DNA from: Gemmatimonadaceae bacterium
GTDB taxonomy: Bacteria; Gemmatimonadota; Gemmatimonadetes; Gemmatimonadales; Gemmatimonadaceae
DNA length: 24,311 nucleotides
Direction: 5' to 3'
NCBI GenBank assembly: GCA_040902005.1
Contig: JBBDYA010000075.1
Span: 1-24,311, forward strand
The notes under the pieces were generated by a model, which saw only the letters and a list, made by a program, of their open reading frames with translations, was not told the DNA's origin and did no database searches. Position numbers and translations under genes: made by a program. Shown here piece after piece: positions 1 to 8,815 of the stretch; the stretch's first letter is position 1, and each line of letters opens with the position of its first letter.

Positions 1-1
1 C

Positions 2-3000
2 CAGCAAGTCGGCGGCCCTGCCGACCGCACCGGCCCGGGCTCGGCCCATCGCGCCGGCGGCGCCGCCCCCCCCGCCCCCCCCGCCAGCCTGCTGCTGCGG
101 GCCCTCGCCGGGACGCGGTACCCAATTGCCGCCCGGTCCGAGCCGGGCCGTTTGGGCCGCCGCACCACCGGCGCCGCCACCGCCGCCACCGCCGCCACCG
201 CCGCCACCACCGAATCCGAAACCAGGCGGCACGGTGCCGGAGGCGAACGAGCGCATGGTGTTGATGACCGGCGCGGGGATCTTCCCCGTTTTCTCGAGCG
301 AGTCGATCACGAATGCCGCGCGCCGCGCACCCAGGATACTGTCGCGCAGCAGGGCCGGCGACAGTGGACGCCGGGGCGCCACGCCTCGCAGGTCCCACAG
401 GACCTTGTGCAGTCCGGCGCCTCTCGGCCCGTTGATCGAGCGCACCGTATCACCACGCGCGTCCGTGATGATGACGCGCACGGTATCGCGCGTGGCGCGC
501 GCGAACCGGAACGCGATCTCCGCGCCGTGCTGCGGGCTCGGCGCCGCGAACACGCGATGGCCAGCGCCGTTCGAGGACGCACCCATGTTCGGCCCCTGGG
601 GATACTCGTAGGCCGTCTTTGGCGCGAAGAGATGGACATTCTTCGCGAGCACCTCGGTGGTGAGCTGCTGGAGTGGTGCCACATCCACGATCCAGAATCC
701 GCGACCGTGCGTGGCCGCGATCAGTTCGCGCTCGCGCGGATGGATCTTGAGATCGTGTACCGGCGCCGTGGGCATGCCCGTCATGAAGCGCTGCCAGGTC
801 TGGCCGCGGTTGAGCGTGACGTAGACCGCGCGCGCGGTGCCGGCGTACAGGAGGTTGGGGTTCGTGGGATCCTCGCGAATGACGCGCAGGTAGTCCGCGC
901 CGCCGCGGGGCAGATCACCGGCGATCGACCGGAACGACCGTCCACCGTTCGTGGTCATGTAGACGTACGGGTTGAAATCGCCCCACCGGTGGTTGTCGAA
1001 CGCCACGTACGCGGTGAGGGAATCGAAATGCGACGTCTCGATGCGGGTGACGTACACGTCTCCCGGCGGCAGGCCGGGGAAGCGATTCGCCGGCACCGGT
1101 TCCCAGAGGGCGCCGTCGTTGCGGGTGAACCACACGTTGCCGTCATCGGTGCCGGCCCAGAGAAATCCGGGGCGCGCGCCGGACTCGGCGAGCGTCACGA
1201 CCGTGCCGTACGTCTCGGCACCGGTCGCGTCACGCGTGATCCCGCCCGTGTGACGCATGCTGGTGTCGATCTTCGCCATCTGCTTCTTGGACAGATCCGG
1301 CGAGATCGGAAACAGGTTGTCGCCGCGTTGCGTGCTCTTCATGACGCGGTTGGCCGCGGCGTAGAGCACGTCCGGATTGTGCGGCGAGAGAAAGAACGGC
1401 GTGTTCCAGTTCCAGCGGATGTCGAGTTCCGCCGAGTCGGTGCGCTGGCGCGCGCGCAGGTCCGCGACGGCACGCTCGACCTCGCGCGTCATCCGGACGT
1501 TTGTGTCGCCACGCTGAATGAGGATCGAGTCCTCATACTGGAGATAGCGCGGCCGCCAGGTGGGCTTCACCAGCGGCGTACGCTCGCCGGTGAGCACGTT
1601 GTAGCGCGCGATGTTGCCGCCCTGCGACTCACCGAAGATGATGTGGGGCTCGTGCGGGTGCTGTGCGGTGTAGAATCCGTCGCCGCCGTTGAAGGTGAAC
1701 CAGAAGGCGTTGGTGACCGAGCCGTTCTTCCGACGGCTGGGACCGCACCAGGAGCCATTGTCCTGCATGCCGCCGCAGATGTTGTACGGAAAGGCGAAGT
1801 CGTAGCTCACTTCATATGGCTGCGCGAGCGGCAGCATCGCGGCGAAGTCGTAGCTACCGCCGCCGTCATGCGAGATGCCGATACCGCCGTCGTTGCCCAC
1901 GATCATGTATTCCGGGGTGTTCGGATCGATCCACATCGCGTGGTGATCGACGTGGATGCCGACGGTCGTGGTCCTCGTGGTCTTGCCGCCATCGTCCGAG
2001 ACCAGCACCGGCGTGGACGAGAACCACACCCGGTCCGGGTTGCGTGGGTGCACGCGCACCTGCGAGTAATAGAAGGGGCGCGTGTTGGCGGTGTTCGTCC
2101 TGGTCCACGTCGCGCCGCCGTCCGCGGAACGGTACAGGCCGTTGTTCAGCGACTGGCGCGCCTGGCTGGCGCTGGGCCGCGGATTCGGAATCGAGTCCGC
2201 CTCGACCATGGCGTACACGATGTTCGGATTGCTCGGCGCGAAGCGCGGGCTGATGCGTCCCAGCATGGTAGTGGGCCAGCCGCCGCCCTTGATCTCGGTC
2301 CACGTGGCGCCGCCGTCGGTCGTCTTCCAGAGCGCCGAGCCCGGCCCGCCGCTCTTGAACACGTAGGGGGCGCGGATGCGCTCCCAGCTGGCGGCCAGCA
2401 GGATGTTGGGATTCGTGGGGTGCATCTGTACGTCGATGAACCCGGCGCGATCGCTGATGAACTTGATCAACTGCCACGTCTGGCCGCCGTCGGTGGTCTT
2501 GTAGAGTCCGCGCTCGGGATTCGTCTTCCAGTGCGCGCCCAGCGCGGCGACGTAGACGATGTTCGGATTCGTGGGATGGATGACGATGCGGCCGATGTGC
2601 TGCGCCTTCTCGAGTCCCATCAGGCGCCAGGTCAGCCCGCCGTCGGTGCTTTTGTAGACACCATCGCCCGGATCGATCGAGTTGCGGGAGTTGGGCTCAC
2701 CCGTGCCGAGCCACACCTGCATCGTATCGGACGGCGCGATCGCGACGGCGCCGGTGGACGCGACTGGGTAGGTGTCGAAGGTGGGCCGGAAGGTGATGCC
2801 GCCGTTGGTGGTCTTCCAGACGCCGCCTGCCGCCGCGGCGACGAAGAACGTCCTGGATGGCGACGGAATCGCGTCAATGTCGGTGACGCGTCCCTCGAAG
2901 TTGGCGGGTCCCACCGTTCGCCAGCGCATGCCGCCGGCAGAGAGGGAATCGAGCGACTGGGCCGCGGCCGGGCTTGCACCGGCCAGGAACGCGCCCATCG

Positions 3001-3028
3001 CGACGAGGAGCAACCTGTGATGATGCAT
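2..3028 (-). CDS. Secreted VPS10/sortilin-like BNR-repeat beta-propeller protein (glycosyl hydrolase-like), 3' end beyond window
   Basis: Manual minus-strand translation from ATG 3028 gives MHHHRLLLVAMGAFLAGASPAAAQ (signal peptide), then WRTVGPANFEGRVTDI, GGVWKTTNGG, repeated S/T-x-D-G-G-x-T-W Asp-box motifs, RWNWNTP and a Gly-rich tail. No stop was seen in the parts read. The + strand ORF 152..3046 is its antisense shadow. Confidence 0.88.
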   Translation of the reverse strand, partial: MHHHRLLLVAMGAFLAGASPAAAQSLDSLSAGGMRWRTVGPANFEGRVTDIDAIPSPSRTFFVAAAAGGVWKTTNGGITFRPTFDTYPVASTGAVAIAPSDTMQVWLGTGEPNSRNSIDPGDGVYKSTDGGLTWRLMGLEKAQHIGRIVIHPTNPNIVYVAALGAHWKTNPERGLYKTTDGGQTWQLIKFISDRAGFIDVQMHPTNPNILLAASWERIRAPYVFKSGGPGSALWKTTDGGATWTEIKGGGWPTTMLGRISPRFAPSNPNIVYAMVEADSIPNPRPSASQARQSLNNGLYRSADGGATWTRTNTANTRPFYYSQVRVHPRNPDRVWFSSTPVLVSDDGGKTTRTTTVGIHVDHHAMWIDPNTPEYMIVGNDGGIGISHDGGGSYDFAAMLPLAQPYEVSYDFAFPYNICGGMQDNGSWCGPSRRKNGSVTNAFWFTFNGGDGFYTAQHPHEPHIIFGESQGGNIARYNVLTGERTPLVKPTWRPRYLQYEDSILIQRGDTNVRMTREVERAVADLRARQRTDSAELDIRWNWNTPFFLSPHNPDVLYAAANRVMKSTQRGDNLFPISPDLSKKQMAKIDTSMRHTGGITRDATGAETYGTVVTLAESGARPGFLWAGTDDGNVWFTRNDGALWEPVPANRFPGLPPGDVYVTRIETSHFDSLTAYVAFDNHRWGDFNPYVYMTTNGGRSFRSIAGDLPRGGADYLRVIREDPTNPNLLYAGTARAVYVTLNRGQTWQRFMTGMPTAPVHDLKIHPRERELIAATHGRGFWIVDVAPLQQLTTEVLAKNVHLFAPKTAYEYPQGPNMGASSNGAGHRVFAAPSPQHGAEIAFRFARATRDTVRVIITDARGDTVRSINGPRGAGLHKVLWDLRGVAPRRPLSPALLRDSILGARRAAFVIDSLEKTGKIPAPVINTMRSFASGTVPPGFGFGGGGGGGGGGGGGAGGAAAQTARLGPGGNWVPRPGEGPQQQAGGGGGGGGAAGAMGRARAGAVGRAADLL

Positions 3029-3222
3029 ACTCAGAGAGTGGTGTAGGGGGGACGCCGAACGTGATGGTCCGGCAGTTCTTCGCAGCTGGACATTACCTGT
3101 ACGCCCGCGGAGCCGTTAGTGCTGCCCGACGTGACCGGCGGCGGGAATCGGGAGACGGCATTTAAGTCGCCGATCATATGGCGCGGCCGTTGCGGGCCTT
3201 GTATATGAGAGGGGCCAGCCAG

Positions 3223-3401
3223 GGATGCTCTGAAGAATGAGTCGGCTGGAGGCGCGGTGTGCCGCGCGGCGCGAGAGTAGTCTCAATACTTGAACGTGCA
3301 TCGTGGAACTCGTTCGCGGGCCGCCGTTGGCGTTCAAGTATTGAGACTGTCTCGCGCCACGCGGCACACCGCGCCTCCAGCCTCCATTCTTCAGAGCCTC
3401 C
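3223..3401. mobile_element. Fold-back MITE-like element, copy 1 (179 bp, IS5-like termini)
   Basis: Arms 3223-3296 and 3331-3401 are imperfect inverted repeats: 3244-3276 vs 3350-3382 match 32/33, and 3279-3296 vs 3331-3348 match 18/18. Termini are GGATGCTCTGAAGAA and GGAGGCTCTGAAGAA. Flanks are CCAG and CTGG. Homologous to 15852-16028. Confidence 0.7.
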
Positions 3402-3434
3402 CTGGGCGCCATCTCCAATTCTCCGATTCCGCCG

Positions 3435-4469
3435 GTGTACAAGACCTGTCTCTTCTGCCACCACGATCTGGGCCGCAACGAGGCCCTGGCAACGCTCGCC
3501 ATCGGGCGCCGGGTGGCGTTCGATTCGGCGAAGGGGCGCCTGTGGGTGGTGTGCGCCGGGTGCGGGCGCTGGAATCTCACCCCGTTCGAGGAGCGGTGGG
3601 AAACGCTGGAGGAATGCGAGCGCCTGTTCCGTGACACGCGACTCCGTTTCGCGACGGACAACGTGGGACTGGCGCAACCAGCGTGGGGGGGGGGATTCGA
3701 GCTGGTGCGCATCGGCCGGGCGCTCCAGCCGGAGATCGCCGCGTGGCGGTACGGCAGCAAGATCCTGAGTCGGGCGCCCACGGTGGCCGGCTACGCGAAG
3801 TCGCTGGGCGTGAACCGCAAGGCGGTGATGCGGCTGCGCACCATGTCGCGGAAGCACGAGGTGCTGGCGCGCGTGCGGCACGATCGGGAAGCCATCACGA
3901 TCCGATTCGCACACCTGGCGCATGCCGAGCTGCTGCGTCCGGATCGCGATCAGACGTGGCGTGTCCAGGTGCGGCATGACCATGGGACCGCCGCGCTGGA
4001 GGGCGCGGACGCGTTGCGCGCGGCGCGGGTGATGCTGACCGCGCTCAATGACGGCAGCGCCCCCGAAGCCCTCGTGAGCGCCGCCCTGGACAAGCTCGAC
4101 GACGCGGGGCGACCGCACAGTTATTTCGGCCGCGTGGCCGCACTGGCGCTGAACAGCTCCTGGGGCCGCCGCCCCGTCATGCGGGTAACGTCGGGCGCCG
4201 AGCCGGCGGACGCGGATCGGTCACTCGCCGAGCGCCTGATCATCCGCCTCACCGCGCGGTCCTTCTGGGCACGCGGTGGCACGAACAGCGAGGAGCGCAC
4301 GTTGCTGCACTGGATTTCCGACGTGGACCGGCTCGCGCTCGAGATGGCGGCGAACGAGGACGTCGAGCGCCGAGCGCTCAGCGGTGAGCTGGCGCAGCTG
4401 GCGCAGCTGGAGGAGGCGTGGCGAGAAGCCGAGGAAATCGCGGCAATCGCGGACAGGTTGCTCGCCTGA
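3435..4469 (+). CDS. Hypothetical protein with N-terminal CxxC...CxxC zinc-ribbon-like domain
   Basis: 344-aa ORF, GTG start. CLFC and CAGC pairs, RWNLTPFEERWE, AAWRYG, acidic helical C-terminus (LEEAWREAEEIAAIAD). Followed directly by a terminator. Confidence 0.8.
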   Translation: MYKTCLFCHHDLGRNEALATLAIGRRVAFDSAKGRLWVVCAGCGRWNLTPFEERWETLEECERLFRDTRLRFATDNVGLAQPAWGGGFELVRIGRALQPEIAAWRYGSKILSRAPTVAGYAKSLGVNRKAVMRLRTMSRKHEVLARVRHDREAITIRFAHLAHAELLRPDRDQTWRVQVRHDHGTAALEGADALRAARVMLTALNDGSAPEALVSAALDKLDDAGRPHSYFGRVAALALNSSWGRRPVMRVTSGAEPADADRSLAERLIIRLTARSFWARGGTNSEERTLLHWISDVDRLALEMAANEDVERRALSGELAQLAQLEEAWREAEEIAAIADRLLA

Positions 4470-4470
4470 A

Positions 4471-4502
4471 AAAAGCCCCTCCGAGTTCTCGGAGGGGCTT
4501 TT
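4471..4502. terminator. Bidirectional intrinsic terminator
   Basis: AAAAGCCCCTCCGAG-TT-CTCGGAGGGGCTTTT: perfect stem with A-tract and T-tract, lying between convergent stops at 4469 and 4523. Confidence 0.9.
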
Positions 4503-4522
4503 CTCTTCCATGGCGGCCGGTA

Positions 4523-5809
4523 CTACCGCGTCGCGATGGACGCGAGAAACTCGCGCACCCGCTCGTCCGACGAGCGGCCGAGCAGTGAAATCGCCCGCCG
4601 GCGTCGCGCCGCGCTGTCGTCACTGCGCGCGATCTGCATGAGCTTGTCCACCGCGGCCTTTTCGCCACTCTCGACCAGCACGGCCATGACGGCCTCCTTC
4701 ACCTGCGTGTCGGTGGTCTCGTCGTAGATCTTGATGATCTCTGGAATGGGCGTGCCGCCTCGGTATGCGTGCTGAATCGCGCGCCGCCGAGTGGCCGTTG
4801 GCTGGTCCGGGTTGCGCGCGAGCGCCAGCAGCCAGCGCACGTTCTCCGCCCCACCGAAGGTGGCGATGGCCGCAACGGCGTTTTCGCGTGACTTGTCGCC
4901 ATCGAATTTGCCGTACGTGTCGCGCAGCAGCTTGATATCCTCGCCGCTGGCGTGCTCGCCACCCAGGCCGCGAATCGCCGCGGCCAGGGCCATGTCCTGC
5001 AGGGCCGCGGCACGAACGACGTCGCGCAGGTGCGCGCGCGCGCGGGGATCGCCCGACGTGGTAAGTGACGTGATGGCCTGCTGCGCGAGCCAGCCACGCT
5101 GCGCGTCACGCGCCAGCTCCAGGAGCGCCGCCGTGCCCGCGCCATGCTCCAGGCGGGCCAGCGTACGGAGCGCCTGCTCTCGAACGGACTGGTTGTCGTC
5201 GTCGTTACTCGCGATGGTGACGAGCACGGGGACCATGTCGCGCACGGCACGCGGGCGTTCATCGAACGAGCGTCCCAGCCACGAGATCGCGCTGCTGCGC
5301 GTGGCCCGCGCGGCATTCTGATTGCGCGCGATCGCCAACAGGCGCGGGGTTGCGTCCACGCTGTCCGCGAGCATCGCCGGCCCGATCGCGTCGCGGCTCA
5401 CGCGTCCCTGCGAGCGCTCCGCGAGTCCCAGCAGATAGGTGGCCGCGTCGCTCGCGCGCACGAGTCCGAGATCCGTGACGCCCGCGATGGGTTGCGGCAC
5501 CGGCCCGGCGTACGTGGCGATCGAGACGATCTCCCGGTCCGCGCGGTCGAGTACCACGCGCACTGGGCCCGCGACGCACGCCTCGCGGCGGTCGGTGTCG
5601 TTGAAGGAACCGTACCAGCTGTTGGCGCCCGCCATGTAGTACGAGCGTCCGTTGCCGCACACGCCGGGGCGGGCGGCGTAGGTGAACTGCACGCGTCCAG
5701 CGGGAGCGGCGTCCACGCGCTCGGCCAGGGACTGCGCCGAGAGCGGGGAGGTAGACGCCGAGAGCGGAAGCGAAGCGAGCGCGATGAGCGCGATGTGTGA
5801 GTATCTCAT
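4523..5809 (-). CDS. Secreted HEAT-repeat protein
   Basis: Signal peptide MRYSHIALIALASLPLSA. Small N-terminal domain with a Cys pair, then repeated HEAT-like units (VREQALRTLARL, RRRAISLLGRS). ATGA overlap with the upstream gene at 5806-5809. Confidence 0.85.
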   Translation of the reverse strand: MRYSHIALIALASLPLSASTSPLSAQSLAERVDAAPAGRVQFTYAARPGVCGNGRSYYMAGANSWYGSFNDTDRREACVAGPVRVVLDRADREIVSIATYAGPVPQPIAGVTDLGLVRASDAATYLLGLAERSQGRVSRDAIGPAMLADSVDATPRLLAIARNQNAARATRSSAISWLGRSFDERPRAVRDMVPVLVTIASNDDDNQSVREQALRTLARLEHGAGTAALLELARDAQRGWLAQQAITSLTTSGDPRARAHLRDVVRAAALQDMALAAAIRGLGGEHASGEDIKLLRDTYGKFDGDKSRENAVAAIATFGGAENVRWLLALARNPDQPTATRRRAIQHAYRGGTPIPEIIKIYDETTDTQVKEAVMAVLVESGEKAAVDKLMQIARSDDSAARRRRAISLLGRSSDERVREFLASIATR

Positions 5810-7566
5810 TTGGGTTCGAAGATCTCCTGGAGGAATTTCTGCGCCTTCGGGTCGTTGGGGGCCCGGCGGGCGATCAGGTTGATCGCGCTGCGGCGGATCG
5901 CCGGATCGGTGTCCTTGCGGGCGATCTCCATGATCTTGTCCACGGCCTCCGGCTCCTTGCGGCGATACAGTGCCTGAAGGACCTGCTCGCGGAGGGAGCG
6001 GGCGTCGGCGATGTCATACAGCCGTGCCAACTCGTCCAGTGTGGACAGGGCGCCCAGACGCTGCATCGCGCTGGCGCGAACGGAGGTGGCTTCGCGCTGA
6101 TCGCGCACGAGCGCCAGGAAGAACTGCTTGTTTTCCGGCGTGTCGAGGCGTGCCAGCGACGTCAGCACCGCCTGGCGCAGCCGTGGTGAGGTGAGCTTCG
6201 GATACAGCGCCCGCAGAAATGCGATGTCGTCGGCGGTGGGCTCCCGGTCGTTACGCGTCCGCGTGAGATTGGCGATGGCGTCGTAGCGCACGCCCTCCGG
6301 CACGTCGGCGCGCTCGATGACCGCCCGCACCGCCCGGCGGGCGGCGTCACTGTTGACGGAACCGAGCGCCGAGATCGCGGAGCGCTGCGTCCGTTCCTCC
6401 GTGGATGTTCTCAGCAACTCCTCGAGCAGCGGCACCGCCTGGTCGTCGGCGACTCGCGCCACCCACGTCATCGCCTCTCCACGGATGCCCGCGTCCGTGT
6501 CGTTCTTCGCGACGTCCACGAGGAGGGCCACGCGGCCTTCCACGGGCTGCCGGCCCAGCAGGTACAGCGCGCGCGTACGGAGCTGGACCGTGCAGTCGTC
6601 GCGATTGGCGAGCACCCTGCGAATGGTCGGCATCGCCGCCGCCATATCCATCTGTCCGAGCGCCGCCAGCGCCTCGGCACGGACGCTGACTTCCTCGCGG
6701 TCACACCCGCTGCTCTGTGCGGCCTGGCTCTGGAGCTGTCGCGCCGCGGCGGCGTCGCCTCGCGCCGCGAGCGCGCCAAGGACTCGCGCACGCAGGGACG
6801 GCACGTCCACGCTGTTCTCCCCGGACAGACTCTGGAGTTCAATGCCTGCCTGGCCTTTGCCCTCGAGAATATTGAGCGCCACCTTCAGCTCGTCGGTGGT
6901 GCCCAGCCGATATCGCGCGAACGCTTCCCAGTACGCGGAGTGCCGCGCGTACTGTGACGTCTTGTACTTCATCGTGACTTCATTGAAGAACTGCGCGGCG
7001 CGGCGGTACTCCCCGCGGTTCAGCGTTTCGCGCGCCAGGCGGTAGAGCGAGTCCGCCGGATCTTCGGATGCCCAGGGCGCGCGCGGGCGCTCGCTGGTCA
7101 GCCGGTCCTCGCGATCGCCAAAGGACATCCGCATGGATTCCAATCCGGACCCGGCCACCATGGCCGCCCGCTCGGAGAAGAGGGACGCGTTGTCGGCGAT
7201 CCTCGACGCCGCGATTTCCGCGACGGACTCGAGATGCGAGACGTCGATCGACGACAACTCCACGGCATGGAGCCGCATGTCGTCGGCGCGCAGGCGCATC
7301 TCGTCGGCGAGCAGCGAAAACTCCGCGGTCTCGAACGGCGGCACCACCATCAGGGGAGTCCCCATTGGCGGCAATTCCATCAGTGGAAAATCCATCGGCG
7401 GCATCGGCATGAATGGCTCCTCCGCCGGCCTGGGCATCGGGGCCGGCCTCGGCTCACGCGGTTCGGCGGGAAGCACGGGACGTGGGGCGGGCGCGGGCCG
7501 CTGGGCCACTGCCGCCATCGGCAGCGCCACGAGGGCAACGAGAATCGTTCGCATGAGCGGGGTCAT
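5806..7566 (-). CDS. Secreted TPR/HEAT-repeat protein with Pro/Met-rich N-terminal linker
   Basis: Signal peptide ending AAVA-Q. PFMPMPPMDFPLMELPPM low-complexity segment, TPR-like DSLYRLARETLNRGEYRRAAQFF...AYWEAFARYRL, then HEAT repeats (IRGEAMTWVAR, IRRSAINLIAR). AGGAG Shine-Dalgarno upstream. Confidence 0.85.
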   Translation of the reverse strand: MTPLMRTILVALVALPMAAVAQRPAPAPRPVLPAEPREPRPAPMPRPAEEPFMPMPPMDFPLMELPPMGTPLMVVPPFETAEFSLLADEMRLRADDMRLHAVELSSIDVSHLESVAEIAASRIADNASLFSERAAMVAGSGLESMRMSFGDREDRLTSERPRAPWASEDPADSLYRLARETLNRGEYRRAAQFFNEVTMKYKTSQYARHSAYWEAFARYRLGTTDELKVALNILEGKGQAGIELQSLSGENSVDVPSLRARVLGALAARGDAAAARQLQSQAAQSSGCDREEVSVRAEALAALGQMDMAAAMPTIRRVLANRDDCTVQLRTRALYLLGRQPVEGRVALLVDVAKNDTDAGIRGEAMTWVARVADDQAVPLLEELLRTSTEERTQRSAISALGSVNSDAARRAVRAVIERADVPEGVRYDAIANLTRTRNDREPTADDIAFLRALYPKLTSPRLRQAVLTSLARLDTPENKQFFLALVRDQREATSVRASAMQRLGALSTLDELARLYDIADARSLREQVLQALYRRKEPEAVDKIMEIARKDTDPAIRRSAINLIARRAPNDPKAQKFLQEIFEPK

Positions 7567-7575
7567 CGCTCTCTC

Positions 7576-8214
7576 CTAATCGTCGGCGGAAATGTTCGCG
7601 ACCGCGGTGCGCAGTCGCGGGAGTACGTCTCGCTGTTCCAGCGCCTGTCGAATGAGCTCGAGTTCGGAGCGGCCGTCATCCGTCTGCAGGCGGACGATCT
7701 GAGCCAACACCAGTTCGAGGTCGTCGAGCAGGGTGCTGATGCGAGGGTCGGACGCCGCCGGAGAATCCAGCAGCATCCGTGTGGTGAGTAGCAGGTCGTG
7801 CGCGCGGCCGTGCAGGGCGTCGTCGGCAGCGCCCGCGCGCACCTCGGCCGGCAGGGCGGCGAGCAACGCCGCGGTCTGGCCCAGGTAGCGTGAGGTCGTG
7901 GACTGATATGGTTCCTGCAGCATCGAGGAGTCGCTGGAGGCTACCCGCGCGGTCGGCACGGTCGGTGACGCGCCGGAGCCGGCGCTGAAGCGACCAATTG
8001 CCACGCCGACCAGCAGCACCGCCGCGATCGGCAAAACGCGGCGAATGGTGGCCCAGTACGCGCGATCCGGCGTGCGCTGTGAGTCCGCAAAGGCGCGGCT
8101 CTCGATCACCGACCACATGTCGTCGAGATCGGCGGGCGCCAGTGGCGGGGGCGTGTTGTAGTCGCGCGCGGCGTTGCGCAGTGCATCGGGAAGTCTGTCG
8201 TCGTCGTGTGTCAT
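7576..8214 (-). CDS. Putative single-pass anti-sigma factor
   Basis: Directly downstream of the ECF sigma with an ATGA overlap (8211-8214), so the start is placed at 8214. ~55-aa N-terminal domain, one TM helix (VLPIAAVLLVGVAIG), helical C-terminal domain. No HxxxCxxC ZAS motif. Confidence 0.7.
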   Translation of the reverse strand: MTHDDDRLPDALRNAARDYNTPPPLAPADLDDMWSVIESRAFADSQRTPDRAYWATIRRVLPIAAVLLVGVAIGRFSAGSGASPTVPTARVASSDSSMLQEPYQSTTSRYLGQTAALLAALPAEVRAGAADDALHGRAHDLLLTTRMLLDSPAASDPRISTLLDDLELVLAQIVRLQTDDGRSELELIRQALEQRDVLPRLRTAVANISADD

Positions 8215-8795
8215 TCCATCCATTCCTTCGCGAACGACGCGAGCTTCTTTCGAAGCTGCGCCCGCGCCACGGAGAGCCGGCTCTTGCAGGTCCCTTCCGC
8301 GACGCCGAGGACCTTCGCGATCTCCTCGTGCGTGTAGCCTTCCACGTCGTGCATGACGAGCGTGGTCCTGTAGATCTCGGGCAGCTCGTCGATCGCCCGA
8401 TGCAGCTTGTCCCTCAGGTCATGGTCCCCGCCGCTTCCCGGCGCGTGCACCAGACCGGCTTCGTCCAGATCGGTCTCGCGAGCGCGAAACCGCTTCACCT
8501 TCCGCATCGCGTTCGAGACGACGCTGGCCGTTACCCGATGGAGCCAGGTGGACAGCGCCGAATCACCGCGAAAGCGGCCCAGCTGAGCGAACGCCCGAAT
8601 GAACGTTTCCTGCGTGAACTCGCGAGCGAGCTCGTCGTCGCCGGTGAGGCGATAGGCCAGGCGGAAGACCCGTGGCGCGTGCGCGTCGTACAGCTCGCGC
8701 GCCGCCAACCTGTCTCCGGCCACAACCCGGGCAATCAGCTCGGGCTCGCGGTTCACGTATGGCTGGGCCTCGATGGCAACTGCGGGACTCGTCAC
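8211..8795 (-). CDS. ECF RNA polymerase sigma-70 factor (sigma-24-like)
   Basis: 194 aa. Region 2 (LAREFTQETFIRAF, FRGDSALSTWLHRV) and region 4 (EGYTHEEIAKVLGVAEGTCKSRLSVAR). Confidence 0.95.
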   Translation of the reverse strand: MTSPAVAIEAQPYVNREPELIARVVAGDRLAARELYDAHAPRVFRLAYRLTGDDELAREFTQETFIRAFAQLGRFRGDSALSTWLHRVTASVVSNAMRKVKRFRARETDLDEAGLVHAPGSGGDHDLRDKLHRAIDELPEIYRTTLVMHDVEGYTHEEIAKVLGVAEGTCKSRLSVARAQLRKKLASFAKEWME

Positions 8796-8815
8796 GTGGC
8801 GTTAGCTCACAGGGA

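Noticed and set aside
160..212. (CCG/CCA)n trinucleotide run
   Set aside because: Explained by poly-Gly codons in the minus-strand gene. Not an independent repeat element.
152..3046. 964-aa + strand ORF
   Set aside because: Antisense shadow of the minus-strand VPS10/BNR gene. It is Arg/Val/His-rich with no recognisable motifs.
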